A stretch of 64,000 nucleotides of DNA from an uncultured delta proteobacterium (GCA_963755715.1 CAVWLW010000034.1:32001-96000), one strand, 5' to 3'. Numbered from the stretch's first letter, positions 42,308 through 54,371 are shown. Notes: a model not told the origin generated them from the sequence alone. Numbers and translations: made by a program.

Positions 42308-44218
42308 TTAACTTTCTTCGAGAAAAGAATTATTGACCTTGACTTGCGCTTTGGCTTTCAGGCTTTCGAGAAATTTGACCAGGGCTCGTTGGCGCCCTTC
42401 GGCCAGAGCTTGTTTCATCAAAGCGTCTTTTTCCTTTTCGAATTGCTCCATGTTGGCGGCCTGGCTATCTTTGAAATCAAGCACGTAGACGGCGTCTTTC
42501 TGCGTGTAGAGCTTTTCCGGAACGGGTTTTTGCGCCGACAGCGCGATCGGTCCCCCTTTGAGCTCAGCCAGATCGCCGATCTTTGGCAATTGCGCCGCAC
42601 TGCGCTGAAACAAGCCGGTTTCCTCGACTTTCAAACCATTCGCTTGGGCGAGCTTGGCAATATCTTTTTCTTTTTTCAGTTGCTCGAGCAGGCTGTTGCC
42701 CTTTTGCAGAGCCAATTCATAGGCCTTTGATTCTCTGAGCCCTTTTTCGATTTGTCCGCGCACGCTGTCGAGCGGCGGAATCGCCGGCTCTCGTCTCTGC
42801 TTTATGCGCAGCATGTAATAAGCGTTTCTTCCTTCGATGAGCGGGCTGGTCTCTTTCGCGCTCAATGCAAAAGCGTTTTTATAGAATTCCTGATTGTCGC
42901 CGATTTCCGGTAAAGTCTCGCCGCTGGCAAGCCAATTCGTCACCGTGAGCTTAGCACCGCTGTCTTGCGCCAACTTGGCGAAGTCGACTCCGGCGAGCGC
43001 TTTTTCGCGGTCGCGATCGGAGACCTTGGCGGCTTCGCGTTTGGCTTTCTCGGCTTTCAACGTCTTGGTAATTTCTGCGCTCGCTTCTTTGAGGCTCTGG
43101 GTTTTTTCTTCCTTGAAATCTTCTACTTTGAAGATCTGAAGGCCCGCCGGCGTTTCTATAGGATCACTGACGGCGCCCTTTTTCAGAGCAAAGATTGCTT
43201 TTTCGATCGGCGGCGGCAATTGACCCGCAGCCACCCAGCCAAGGTCGCCGCCTTTCTCGGCGCTCGGATCATTGGATTCCAGTTTGGCCAATTGGCTAAA
43301 GTCTTTGCCGCCACGCGCTTCTTTGACGATGCCGTCGGCGCGCGCTTGAGCGGCCTTTTTCTGATTGGCATCAGTGCCGGGTGGGAGGGGAATCGAAATG
43401 TAACGCACTTTCGCTTCTTTGGGGTTATGAAATTTATCCTCACGATGGCTTTGGTAGTAATCCTCGATTTCCTTCTCGCTCACCTGACTGGACGAGGTGA
43501 ATTGCTCGAAGGGATAGCTGAGGTATTCGAGCTGGATTTTTAGCGGCTCTTTGAGCGATTCCTTGTTACGCTCGTAATATTTATTGATGTCGTCCTCGGT
43601 GAGTTTGACTTGCGAAGTCAGATCGCTGATCGGCAGCTTGATGTAATTCAAATTGATTTTTTCCTGGTCGATCCGATAACGATCGCGCACTTCGGCTTCG
43701 GTCACATGGACGGCGTCAAGGATGATGCTGTAAAGACGCTGGATCGTCAGTTGGTCGCGCTGGTCGGCTTCGAACTGCGCGGGCAAAATTTGATTGGCCT
43801 GAAGAATTTGCAAATAGCGCTCTTTATTAAAACGGCCGCCCACCTGAAATTCCGGCGCTTGGGTAATATTCACCGCGAGATCGTCGTCGGTCGCCGTAAG
43901 TCCAAGACTATGAGCCTCCTGCAGTACGAGCTTTTTCTGGATCAGTTCCTCGAGCAGATTGCCTTTGAGGTTCAGGCCTTTGATCATATCCGGCGTGAGC
44001 GAGCCCTTGAGGATTTGGCGATAGCGCTCCACGGCCCGTTCATAGGCTAGGGCAAATTCGCGCTGGCTGATCGTCTCGCCGTTGATTTGGGCCACTTCGG
44101 TGTTCGTTGGATCATGTAACTTGCCGGCGCCGTAGAAGACGACAAAGCTTAAAATAATCAGACCTAAAAAGAAGATAATGATCCAGTTTCTTTTACGCTT
44201 GCGTAAAAAATCGAGCAT
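42308..44218 (-). CDS. ppiD: PpiD-like periplasmic chaperone / peptidyl-prolyl isomerase
   Basis: N-terminal TM anchor, SurA_N domain, parvulin motif DFSQLAK..S.D..SAEKGGDLGW. Confidence 0.85.
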   Translation of the reverse strand: MLDFLRKRKRNWIIIFFLGLIILSFVVFYGAGKLHDPTNTEVAQINGETISQREFALAYERAVERYRQILKGSLTPDMIKGLNLKGNLLEELIQKKLVLQEAHSLGLTATDDDLAVNITQAPEFQVGGRFNKERYLQILQANQILPAQFEADQRDQLTIQRLYSIILDAVHVTEAEVRDRYRIDQEKINLNYIKLPISDLTSQVKLTEDDINKYYERNKESLKEPLKIQLEYLSYPFEQFTSSSQVSEKEIEDYYQSHREDKFHNPKEAKVRYISIPLPPGTDANQKKAAQARADGIVKEARGGKDFSQLAKLESNDPSAEKGGDLGWVAAGQLPPPIEKAIFALKKGAVSDPIETPAGLQIFKVEDFKEEKTQSLKEASAEITKTLKAEKAKREAAKVSDRDREKALAGVDFAKLAQDSGAKLTVTNWLASGETLPEIGDNQEFYKNAFALSAKETSPLIEGRNAYYMLRIKQRREPAIPPLDSVRGQIEKGLRESKAYELALQKGNSLLEQLKKEKDIAKLAQANGLKVEETGLFQRSAAQLPKIGDLAELKGGPIALSAQKPVPEKLYTQKDAVYVLDFKDSQAANMEQFEKEKDALMKQALAEGRQRALVKFLESLKAKAQVKVNNSFLEES

Positions 44219-44384
44219 TTTAACTTGTAACCTTTCGAAAAAAGATGCGGTAAAAAACGGCCCAATTATGATAAAAAATGCCTCTGCGTATTGCAACCTG
44301 CCAAGCGTAGTAAAACGATTTTTCTTTAAGTTTTTCATTATCTTGCTAGATTCAGGGGAATCTGTTATTTTCTCGATGCTTTAG

Positions 44385-45452
<1,068 letters not shown>

Positions 45453-45499
45453 ACCGAGGTCCGCATGCATTCTGATTATTGGAGGCAATCGAGCCTTCC

Positions 45500-46336
45500 A
45501 TGCTCGCTTTTCTTCGTAAGAATCAAGTTCCGCTGAGCGCTTGTTTCTGTCTCCTTCTGTCGATTTACATTTTGATCGCGGCCGCGCGCGGCCAGTTGAA
45601 AAATGAGCCGCTCGGCGCTCTGTTGATGTGGATCATGCGGCCGCTGCAAATCGCTTCCCAGGGAGCGGTTAATTGGATCACCGATTTTCGGGAAAATTAC
45701 GACACGCTCGCGGGATTCCGAACTGAAAATGAGAGACTGCGGCAACGCATCCAAAACCTCGAGATCGAAAGACAGAAACTCTTAGAGGCCGAAGCGACCA
45801 ATCGTCAACTGAAGCAACTGCTCGATTTCCGCAGTCATCTGATACCGCCCGGTGCGATCACCGCGACGATCATCGCCAACAGCGCCGCGAGTTGGTTTCA
45901 AAGTTGTCAGATCGACAAAGGCAGCGCTGACGGTGTGCGCAAAGGGATGGCAGTGGTGACGCCGCTCGGTGTCGTCGGCCAGGTCGTTGCCGTCACGCCG
46001 CGCGCGGCGAAGGTCCTTTTGTTGACCGATCCCAACAGCGGCATCGACGTGCTCGTCCAACGGACCCGCAGTCGGGGCATCGTTTCCGGATCTTTAGAGA
46101 ACGGGATAGTTTTGAAATACATGAAACGGAGCGAAGACGTTCAAGAAGGCGATCGGCTGATTACGTCAGGAATGGACGGCGTATTTCCCAAAGGCTTAAT
46201 GGTTGGCACCGTGATCAAGGTGCTTAAACAGCACATTGGACTGTTCCAGTTCGTCGAAGTGCTGCCGGCGGTGCAAACCCCACGCACCGAGAACGTTCTC
46301 GTGGTTACCACGGACGGCGGCGCGGTAAAAAACTAA
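45500..46336 (+). CDS. mreC: Rod shape-determining protein MreC
   Basis: TM, coiled coil ENERLR, IDKGSADGV, TSGMDGVFPKG; synteny. Confidence 0.95.
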   Translation: MLAFLRKNQVPLSACFCLLLSIYILIAAARGQLKNEPLGALLMWIMRPLQIASQGAVNWITDFRENYDTLAGFRTENERLRQRIQNLEIERQKLLEAEATNRQLKQLLDFRSHLIPPGAITATIIANSAASWFQSCQIDKGSADGVRKGMAVVTPLGVVGQVVAVTPRAAKVLLLTDPNSGIDVLVQRTRSRGIVSGSLENGIVLKYMKRSEDVQEGDRLITSGMDGVFPKGLMVGTVIKVLKQHIGLFQFVEVLPAVQTPRTENVLVVTTDGGAVKN

Positions 46337-46369
46337 CCAACCGAGCCGCTAACCATAGCCATTTCTCCC

Positions 46370-46876
46370 ATGCGGTTGTTCTTGCTCTTTTTCCTAGTTG
46401 CAATTTTCGTGCTCTTGCTGCAAACAACCCTGCTTCATTTATTACCCATCAGCCCCGTTGTTCCTGATTTGACGCTCGTGCTGTGCGTTTATTTAGGGTT
46501 GTACCATCCGACCGTGGGGGCCGCCCTGGGCGCTTTTTTGCTAGGTTACTCGATCGACATCGTCTCGAGCCGGATCATCGGTCTCAATGCCTTTGCCATG
46601 TCACTGGTCTTTTTAACAGTGTACTTGAGCTCGCGCGCAATCTGGCTGCAAAATCCGCTAGTGACGTCGTTCGTCGTGCTGCTCGCGTCGCTCGTTAAGG
46701 GCGTGGCTTTGGTGCTGGTGTCAGCGATTTTCGTGAGCATCGAAGGTTTCTGGATCGGCGCGGGTTGGTATATAATCAAAGAAGCTTTATTGGCGGCGCT
46801 GCTTGCGCCGATCGTTTTCGCGCTCTTACGACGCGGCGAGAGCTACGTCAACAGATTTCGCGCGCCGGCTCAATAA
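46370..46876 (+). CDS. mreD: Rod shape-determining protein MreD
   Basis: Hydrophobic protein with PDL motif between mreC and mrdA. Confidence 0.9.
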   Translation: MRLFLLFFLVAIFVLLLQTTLLHLLPISPVVPDLTLVLCVYLGLYHPTVGAALGAFLLGYSIDIVSSRIIGLNAFAMSLVFLTVYLSSRAIWLQNPLVTSFVVLLASLVKGVALVLVSAIFVSIEGFWIGAGWYIIKEALLAALLAPIVFALLRRGESYVNRFRAPAQ

Positions 46877-46885
46877 TCAGGGACG

Positions 46886-48766
46886 ATGTTGGCACTTGGC
46901 GATATCAACAAGCAAGACGGTGCGCCCGAGCTGCGCCGGCGCGTCCGTCTGCTCTACGTCATTCTAACTCTGGCTTTCCTGACACTCGTCAGCCGGCTGG
47001 TGTTTCTGCAAATCATTCAAGGCGAGCGCTACACGTTTTTATCCGAGAATAACCGCATACGCATCAAGCGAGTGCCCGGCACTCGCGGCATGATCTACGA
47101 CCGCGAAGGCCAATTGCTGGTCGACAGCCGGCCGTCTTTCGATCTCACCTTCGTGCCGGAGGATAGCGAAAGCCCGGAGACGACCCTGCGCTTGCTGGCG
47201 CGCTACTTACAGCGCGATGAAAGCGAACTGCTCAAAACTTTCGAAGAGAATAAGAGCCGAGCGGCCTTCGATGAGTTGGTGATCGGCCGCGATGTCGATT
47301 GGTCAGCGGTCGTCGCCGTGGAAACCCATCAGCTCGATTTGCCGGGCGTGACTCTGCGCGCCCGGCCGCGGCGCAGCTATGCGGATGGCCCAATGGCTGC
47401 GCATGTTCTCGGCTATTTGGGTGAAATCAATCAAAAACAGCTCAAGATCCTAAAAGAGCAGGGATACGTCATCGGCGATGAAATTGGCCAATACGGACTC
47501 GAGCGGCGCTGGGAAGAATTGCTGCGCGGCCAAAGCGGCGGACAACAAGTCGAGGTCGATGCCCTCGGCCGGCGCGTGCGCGTGCTGCACGAGGTCACCG
47601 ACGTGCCCGGCTACACGGTCCACCTGACCTTGGACCGCCAATTGCAGCTCACCGCTTACGAAGCGCTCAACGGTAAACAGGGCACCATCGTTGCGCTGGA
47701 TGTTCACAACGGCGCCATACTTGCGCTGGCCAGCACTCCGGCGTTTGATCCGAATGCTTTTGCCCGCGGAATCAAATCCGAAGAATGGAACGGCCTCATT
47801 AAAGACCAGCTTCGGCCGCTCAACAATCGCGCGATTCAAGGTCAATATCCACCGGGCTCGACTTTCAAAATCATCATGGCGATCGCCGGGCTCGAAGAAG
47901 GCGTCATTCAACCGGAAAGTTCCATTCAAGATCCCGGCTTTTATACTTTCGGTAATCGCAGCTTTCGCGATTGGAAAAAAGGCGGTCACGGCACCGTCAA
48001 TTTACACAAAGCGATCGTCGAGTCCTGCGACACCTATTTTTATCAGCTCGGTCCGAAGCTCGGCGTCGACCGCATCGCCAAGTGGGCGCGCGCCTTTGGC
48101 TTGGGCGAAAAAACCGGAGTGGTCTTGGACGACGAAAAAGGCGGCACGATTCCCGATACGGAATGGAAAAGGAAACGGTTCCGTCAACCCTGGTTTCCCG
48201 GCGAAACGGTTTCCGTAGCCATCGGCCAGGGATATGTCACGGTGACGCCGTTGCAGCTCGCCAATATGATGGCCGCTGTGGCCAACGGCGGTAAGCTGTA
48301 TCGTCCCTACTTGGTCAACAAGGTGGAATCCGTGGATGGCGCGACGGTGCGCGAATATGGACCGGAGCTCATACGCAACATCGAGTTGAAACCGGACACC
48401 TTGAAGCGCGTTCACGAAGCGCTCGCCGATGTCGTCAATGGCGCCGGCGGCACGGGTGGCGCGGCCAGATCCCAGATTGTTCGGGTCGCCGGCAAAACTG
48501 GCACCGCGCAGGTCGTCGAGATGAAGGGGGGCTATGTTAAGACGGAACAACTAGCGTATTTCAACCGCGACCACGCCTGGTTTGTTTCCTATGCGCCCGT
48601 GGACAATCCGCAAATCGCCATCGCTGTCCTGGTAGAGCATGGCGGACATGGCGGCGACGCCGCGGCGCCGATGGCAAAAAAAGTGTTTGAGAAGTTTATC
48701 GAGTTGCAAAAACAAAGCACCGACAAGCAACAGGTGCGGGTGGACGGAGAGAGCCGTGCAAATTGA
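46886..48766 (+). CDS. mrdA: Penicillin-binding protein 2
   Basis: PGSTFK (SxxK), SCD (SxN variant typical of PBP2), KTGT; synteny. Confidence 0.96.
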   Translation: MLALGDINKQDGAPELRRRVRLLYVILTLAFLTLVSRLVFLQIIQGERYTFLSENNRIRIKRVPGTRGMIYDREGQLLVDSRPSFDLTFVPEDSESPETTLRLLARYLQRDESELLKTFEENKSRAAFDELVIGRDVDWSAVVAVETHQLDLPGVTLRARPRRSYADGPMAAHVLGYLGEINQKQLKILKEQGYVIGDEIGQYGLERRWEELLRGQSGGQQVEVDALGRRVRVLHEVTDVPGYTVHLTLDRQLQLTAYEALNGKQGTIVALDVHNGAILALASTPAFDPNAFARGIKSEEWNGLIKDQLRPLNNRAIQGQYPPGSTFKIIMAIAGLEEGVIQPESSIQDPGFYTFGNRSFRDWKKGGHGTVNLHKAIVESCDTYFYQLGPKLGVDRIAKWARAFGLGEKTGVVLDDEKGGTIPDTEWKRKRFRQPWFPGETVSVAIGQGYVTVTPLQLANMMAAVANGGKLYRPYLVNKVESVDGATVREYGPELIRNIELKPDTLKRVHEALADVVNGAGGTGGAARSQIVRVAGKTGTAQVVEMKGGYVKTEQLAYFNRDHAWFVSYAPVDNPQIAIAVLVEHGGHGGDAAAPMAKKVFEKFIELQKQSTDKQQVRVDGESRAN

Positions 48767-49860
48767 TCGCCGCCTGATCTCGCATTTCGACTGGACTCTG
48801 CTTTTCCTCTCGCTAGCGTTCGTCGCTATCGGCGTCACGACGATTTACAGCGCTAACTATGACATGGCAGCGGGGCACGCAGGTCCCTTGCCGATGCGCC
48901 AAGTGACTTGGTTGGGACTCGGGCTGGTCGCCATGATGACCGGCGATAAGTTTTGACTATCACTATATCGACCGGTTGGCGTACCCCTTTTATGGCGCCA
49001 TGCTGCTGCTCTTGGCGCTGGTGCTGATCGTCGGCCACTCGGGTGGCGGCTCGCAGCGTTGGATCAATCTCGGTTTTTTCCGACTGCAACCTTCCGAGCC
49101 GGCCAAGCTCGCCATCGTGCTCGTGATGGCCAAATATTTTCAGACCGACGAACCGCCGCGCGGCTATTTCTTGCGCGATCTTTGGGTGCCATTCGCGCTG
49201 GTTGCGCCGCTGGTGATCTTGACTCTGGTACAGCCTGACTTGGGCACGGCGATCATTCTCGGTATCGTCTTCATCAGCATGATCTTGATGGGCGGTCTGC
49301 GGCTACGCTCCTTTGCCTACCTGGTTGGCGCCGGCTTGGCTTTCTTGCCCATCGCTTGGCATTTCTTAAAGCAATACCAGCGTAACCGCATCTTGACCTT
49401 TCTCGATCCCGATCGCGATCCGTTGGGCGCGGGCTATCACGTCATTCAATCGCAAATCGCGATCGGCTCGGGGCGGCTTTTCGGCAAAGGCTTTCTCCAC
49501 GGCACGCAAAACCGGCTCGACTTTTTGCCCGCGCAGCACACGGATTTTATCTTTGCGGTGTTTTCCGAAGAATGGGGCTTTATCGGCTGCGCGATCTTGC
49601 TTTTTCTCTACTTCGTCATGATCGCTTACTGTCTCAGGCAGGTTCAACGAGCCAAGGACCGCTTCGGCGCGCTGCTGATTTTTGGCATGATCGCCATCGT
49701 GTTTTGGCATGTCGCTATCAACGTCGCCATGGTCGCCGGTGTGATGCCGGTCGTCGGCGTTCCTCTGCCAATGGTGAGCTATGGCGGCTCCGCTCTTGCG
49801 TCCATGATGTTCGCCATCGGCGTCATCATGAACGTGAGCATGCGGCGGTATGTGTTCTGA
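48756..49860 (+). CDS. rodA: Rod shape-determining protein RodA (frameshift near 48940)
   Basis: IDRRLISHFDW, QPSEPAK, QPDLGT, HTDFIF, SYGGS. Confidence 0.93.
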
Positions 49861-50046
49861 TCGCGGCGATTACGAGCGACTTTCTTGACTTCGGCTTGCC
49901 GCGCGAAATTTTCCGCGACGATCCCTGCTCCTCAAACGACCACGATTGCGGCGGGCGAAGCTAGTCGAAAATTTACGCTTCCTTTCAGCGGAGACGGAGT
50001 TCTTTACTTACAAAAGGTTAGATTGCTTGGAAAGCGTCAAGTACTT

Positions 50047-50092
50047 AAAAAAACAACGGCCGCCTGCATTCGGTACGCGATGCAGGCGGCCG
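50047..50092 (-). terminator. Intrinsic terminator after trxA
   Basis: CGGCCGCCTGCAT-loop-ATGCAGGCGGCCG followed by TTGTTTTTTT on the minus strand. Confidence 0.75.
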
Positions 50093-50119
50093 CGCTGCTA
50101 TCGCAGGCGATTGATCTTC

Positions 50120-50446
50120 TTACTGCAATGCCTTCTCGATGGCGCTTACCAATTTCGCTTTCGGCACCGCGCCGACGATTTGTTCCTTCACGGCGCCGCC
50201 TTTGAGAATGATTAAATTCGGAATTCCCCGAATGCCGTAGCGCGAGGCGGTGGCGGGGTGTTCATCGACATTGAGCTTGGTCACTTTGAGTTTGCCTTCA
50301 TATTCGCCGGCGATTTCTTCGACGATCGGCGCGATGGATTTACACGGGCCGCACCAGGGCGCCCAAAAATCGACTAGCACCGGTACCGTTGACTTTAAAA
50401 CTTCAGCTTCGAAATTGTTGTCGCCTACCTCGGTGATTTTTCCCAT
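50120..50446 (-). CDS. trxA: Thioredoxin
   Basis: WAPWCGPCK; AGGAGG SD before ATG 50446. Confidence 0.96.
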   Translation of the reverse strand: MGKITEVGDNNFEAEVLKSTVPVLVDFWAPWCGPCKSIAPIVEEIAGEYEGKLKVTKLNVDEHPATASRYGIRGIPNLIILKGGAVKEQIVGAVPKAKLVSAIEKALQ

Positions 50447-50459
50447 AACCAGGACCTCC

Positions 50460-51938
50460 TTATAATGCAGAGAGAAATTTAAGCAGAGTACGCACGCCGA
50501 ATCCAGTGCCGCCCTTGGGGCAAAGCGCGTTGTCGTTTTCGGCGAACGCCGGCCCGGCGATATCCAGATGCGCCCACGGCACGTCGCCGACAAATTCTTG
50601 CAGGATCAATGCGGCTGTGATCGCCCCGCCGTGAGATCCGCCGATGTTTTTCATGTCGGCGACGCTGCTTTTGATCATTTCTTTGTACTCTTTGACCAGC
50701 GGCAGTTGCCAAAGCTTTTCGCCGGCTTCCCCGGCGCAACGCAGCAGCGTGTCCGCGAGCGGCTGGTGGTTGCTGAAAAGGCCACCGACTTGGGTGCCCA
50801 AAGCGACCATGCAAGCGCCGGTTAAAGTCGCCAGATTGATCATGTAATCGGGATTCTGTTCGCCGCCGAGCGCGAGCGCATCGGCGAGGATCAGCCGCCC
50901 TTCGGCGTCGGTGTTGAGCACTTCGATAGTCTTGCCGTTCCTGTAGCGAATCACGTCGCCCGGTTTCTGCGCATTGTCCCCGGGTAAATTATCGGTTGTA
51001 GGCACGTAACCCGTGACGTCGATATCGAATCCAAGCTTGGGCAAGCAACTCATCGCGGCGATTACGGCGGCGCCGCCAGCCATGTCGAGTTTCATGGTTT
51101 CCATCGACTTCGATGGCTTGAGCGATAAACCGCCCGAATCGAAAGTTATGCCTTTGCCGATCAACACGACTTTCTTTTTCGGCTTGCCCGCAGGCTTGTA
51201 ATGAATTTTTATAAAGCGCGGTTCTTCATAGCTGCCGCGGTTCACCGCCAAGAGTCCGGCCAATTTCATCGACTCGATCTTTCGCTTGTCCCAAACTTCC
51301 GCAGACAATCCCCGGCCACGGCAATATTTTTTTGCCTGTTCGCCGAGGAAACGCGCGGTGGTGACCGACGGCGGTTCATTGACCAGATCGCGCGCCAGAG
51401 AGACTCCGGTGACGACGATCTGCGCGATTTCGATCGAGCGCATCAATGCCGCGGTCGGCCGCAAGCCTGAGTTAAACAGCGTGAAGGACTTGAGCTCGGC
51501 CGGCGGCTTGGAGCTCGAGCGATATTTATTAAATTGGTAGGCGGCCAATAGCGCGCCTTCGACCAGCGCGCCGCCTGCTATTGCCGAATCTTTATCGGGC
51601 GAAAAGAAAAATGCGATGTCTTCGGCGCCGAGCGCTGCGGCTTCCCTGCGCGCTCGCGCGCCGATCTTGCGCCAAGTGTCGCCGGTGATTTCCGCTCCGC
51701 CGCCGAGGCCGATCAACAGCAATTGGGCGGCCGGCAAAAGTCCGGCCGTTTGATAGATCAACGTGCCGCCTTCGGCGCCGGTGAATTTACTTTTTTGCAT
51801 GCGCGCGCGCAGATTACCCCGAAGACGGCGGTCCAGGGCTCGGATTAGCGCATCGTCGAGTTTCTTTTCGCGCACCGGGATGACGAGCAGATCGGTTTTG
51901 ATCCGTTCGGCGTTGCTGTCACGTACCTTGATTTCCAT
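50460..51938 (-). CDS. pepA: Leucyl aminopeptidase (M17)
   Basis: GKGITFDSGG, MKLDMAG, NTDAEGRL, ATLTGA, HLDIAG. Confidence 0.95.
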   Translation of the reverse strand: MEIKVRDSNAERIKTDLLVIPVREKKLDDALIRALDRRLRGNLRARMQKSKFTGAEGGTLIYQTAGLLPAAQLLLIGLGGGAEITGDTWRKIGARARREAAALGAEDIAFFFSPDKDSAIAGGALVEGALLAAYQFNKYRSSSKPPAELKSFTLFNSGLRPTAALMRSIEIAQIVVTGVSLARDLVNEPPSVTTARFLGEQAKKYCRGRGLSAEVWDKRKIESMKLAGLLAVNRGSYEEPRFIKIHYKPAGKPKKKVVLIGKGITFDSGGLSLKPSKSMETMKLDMAGGAAVIAAMSCLPKLGFDIDVTGYVPTTDNLPGDNAQKPGDVIRYRNGKTIEVLNTDAEGRLILADALALGGEQNPDYMINLATLTGACMVALGTQVGGLFSNHQPLADTLLRCAGEAGEKLWQLPLVKEYKEMIKSSVADMKNIGGSHGGAITAALILQEFVGDVPWAHLDIAGPAFAENDNALCPKGGTGFGVRTLLKFLSAL

Positions 51939-51949
51939 CTGGCCTTCGA

Positions 51950-52498
51950 TCATGTCCTTTGGCGGATCAGCGTCATGAATTCGTTGCGAGTGTCCTGGCG
52001 CGTGCGAAAGGCGCCCAGCAGGCTGCTGGTGATCACGTAGGAGTTCTGCTTTTCGACGCCGCGCATGCGCATGCACAAATGCTCCGCCTCGATGACGACG
52101 GCCACGCCCAGGGCGTCCAGCTTTTCCATGATGATGGTGGCGATTTGATTGGTCATGCGCTCTTGCACTTGCAGTCGCCGCGCGTAGATGTCCACGAGTC
52201 GGGCCAGTTTTGAGATGCCGACGATTTTGTGATGCGGGATATAAGCCACGTGGGCCTTGCCAAAAAACGGCAGCAAGTGGTGCTCGCAAAGCGAGTAAAA
52301 ATCGATGTCCTTTTGCACGATCATCTCTTCATAATCTTCCGTGAAGAGCGCATCGTTGATCACTTTCGCCGGGTCCATGTCATAACCGCGGGTCAAAAAA
52401 GTCAGCGCCTGAGCGACGCGCTGCGGCGTCCTCAGCAATCCTTCGCGGTTCGGGTCTTCACCGATCGCTTGGAGTATTTGGCGAATTTGTTCTTCCAT
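51950..52498 (-). CDS. folE: GTP cyclohydrolase I
   Basis: [34 protein letters not shown]. Confidence 0.97.
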   Translation of the reverse strand: MEEQIRQILQAIGEDPNREGLLRTPQRVAQALTFLTRGYDMDPAKVINDALFTEDYEEMIVQKDIDFYSLCEHHLLPFFGKAHVAYIPHHKIVGISKLARLVDIYARRLQVQERMTNQIATIIMEKLDALGVAVVIEAEHLCMRMRGVEKQNSYVITSSLLGAFRTRQDTRNEFMTLIRQRT

Positions 52499-52622
52499 TG
52501 TTGCTCCATCGGGGTGCGGGCGCTTCGGCTTACGCGGCGAGGCCGGCTCTATCAGAGGCAAAGTTTAAAAAAGCTAACATTTAGCTCAATAGGCGTCAAA
52601 CCGAGCGGCGAACCGGAGAGCT

Positions 52623-53360
52623 TTACAGTCGTTGCAACAACCAGTTGGGCGTGAAGCGCAGCACGTAGGCATTGAGCAGCGTCATGTAGTCGGCAATTAA
52701 AAGAATGCCGACGATGATCAAGAGAACGCCTCCGACCACATGGATGGTTTGAATATAATGACGCAGCCGTTGTGAAAACTGAAAGAAAGAATCGATCGCC
52801 AGCGCGCTCAAAAAAAACGGCAGAGCCAGGCCAGCCGCATAGCTTGTCAGTAACAGCGTGCCGCGGCCCACTTCACCGGCGGTGCTTGCCAGAGCCAGCG
52901 TGGCTCCCAGGATCGGTCCTACGCAAGGTGTCCAAGCCACGGCAAAAGTGATGCCGACAAGAATAGAACCGAGATAGCCCGCCGGTTTGTCCTTGAGATT
53001 GAACTGTAAGTATCGATCGAGCACAGCGATCTTGAATAGGCCGACGAGATAGAGCCCAACCAGCAGGATAAACACGCCGCCGAGTATGCGAATCGCGTTG
53101 CGATAATCCAGGAAGAGACCGCCGAGAAAACTCGCGGAAGCGCCGAGCGAGATAAAGACTAACGAAAAGCCGATAATAAATGCTGCCGAGTTCAAAATCA
53201 CGCGCCAGCGAACCCGCGCGCGCGCTTCTTCGCTGCGCATTTCATCGAGAGAAACACCCGACACAAACGAAAGATAAGATGGAATCAGGGGCAGGACACA
53301 GGGCGAGAGGAACGAGAAAACTCCGGCCGCGAAAGCAACGAAAATGTTGACGTCGGTCAT
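52623..53360 (-). CDS. ccdA: Cytochrome c biogenesis protein CcdA
   Basis: SFLSPCVLPLIP and WTPCVGPILG. Confidence 0.92.
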   Translation of the reverse strand: MTDVNIFVAFAAGVFSFLSPCVLPLIPSYLSFVSGVSLDEMRSEEARARVRWRVILNSAAFIIGFSLVFISLGASASFLGGLFLDYRNAIRILGGVFILLVGLYLVGLFKIAVLDRYLQFNLKDKPAGYLGSILVGITFAVAWTPCVGPILGATLALASTAGEVGRGTLLLTSYAAGLALPFFLSALAIDSFFQFSQRLRHYIQTIHVVGGVLLIIVGILLIADYMTLLNAYVLRFTPNWLLQRL

Positions 53361-53923
53361 CTCTTGCCGTCAGTAAGATCTTTAATGAGCTTGCGCGCGC
53401 CATTGCCGTACCATTCTGCCGGCCCCCAACCGCGCGCCAATCCTTCGCCGTTCGGACCGATGAGATAAGTCGCCGGCAACCCCCAAGCGCCGTAGAGGCT
53501 GCCCACTTGGGCTTCGGGGTCGAGGGCGATCGGATAGGTTATTTTAAGCTCCTTGACGAAGTCGACCGCGTCTTGTTTACGGTCTTTCACCGCCACGGCT
53601 AAGACGACAAAGTTTTTTTGCTTGTACTCCTGGTACAACTTTTCCATGGCCGGCATCTCTTCCCGGCACGGCACGCACCAACTCGCCCAGAAATTTAACA
53701 GCACGACTTTGCCGCGGAAGTCCTTTAAAGAGATCTTTTTGCCGTCGGGCGTGGTTAGATTGAACTCTGGGGTCGGCGCGGTGTCCTTCATCGGCTGAAG
53801 AATCGGCACCGCTTTTTTGTAGTCGACTTTCGTTTGGCTCCATGCCGGAGCAAAACTTAGAACGATTGAGCTTCCAAAAAAGACAAATACGCGCAGGAAA
53901 TCGCCGGTGATTTGCGTTTTCAT
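53357..53923 (-). CDS. TlpA/ResA family thiol-disulfide reductase
   Basis: Signal peptide, [24 protein letters not shown]; overlaps ccdA start. Confidence 0.9.
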   Translation of the reverse strand: MKTQITGDFLRVFVFFGSSIVLSFAPAWSQTKVDYKKAVPILQPMKDTAPTPEFNLTTPDGKKISLKDFRGKVVLLNFWASWCVPCREEMPAMEKLYQEYKQKNFVVLAVAVKDRKQDAVDFVKELKITYPIALDPEAQVGSLYGAWGLPATYLIGPNGEGLARGWGPAEWYGNGARKLIKDLTDGKR

Positions 53924-54084
53924 ACAGGGTTTAACTCTAACCAACAGGCCGAGCCGACGCAATACTCGTCCCGACGCCGAATTCAGGCGCCCGGCAAAGA
54001 GAAGCTAGGAAAAAAATCGTGCTGCTGTTTACATGCGGGATGGATTTAATTTCGTGTCGAACGAATTTGAATCTAACGACGGCC

Positions 54085-54126
54085 AAAAACACAAGGCCCT
54101 CCAAGTTGTCACTGGAGGGCTCTGTG
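54085..54126 (-). terminator. Intrinsic terminator of the poly-Lys sORF transcript
   Basis: Minus strand: CACAGAGCCCTCCA-GTGACAACT-TGGAGGGCCTTGTG-TTTTT. Confidence 0.7.
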
Positions 54127-54207
54127 TATTAGGCAACCAGAACGGTTACCTTGTTGCCTGAGAGTCAGGAGGGTTTAAATCACCACCACAACCCCACAAC
54201 TCCGTAT

Positions 54208-54258
54208 TTACTTCTTTTTCTTTTTGGCTTTCTTCTTGGCTTTCTTTTTAGCAGCCAT
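54208..54258 (-). CDS. 16-aa poly-lysine small protein MAAKKKAKKKAKKKKK
   Basis: ATG GCT GCT AAA AAG AAA GCC AAG AAG AAA GCC AAA AAG AAA AAG AAG TAA, preceded by SD AAAAGGAGGT-GCTT; promoter upstream and terminator downstream. Confidence 0.75.
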   Translation of the reverse strand: MAAKKKAKKKAKKKKK

Positions 54259-54371
54259 AAGCACCTCCTTTTAGGATTCCACGGGCGGGCTTTTCGATTG
54301 ACAGGCGTTGAAAATTGACTCAGGCAAGAGAAACGAAACTAAAAACCCTCCCATATTTTGTAGGTGATCCA

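Noticed and set aside
54085-54258. Classical lysine-sensing attenuator (Lys-rich leader plus terminator)
   Set aside because: Downstream genes (tlpA, ccdA, folE) are unrelated to lysine supply and the terminator lies about 80 nt past the stop; kept as a standalone sORF, though not formally excluded.
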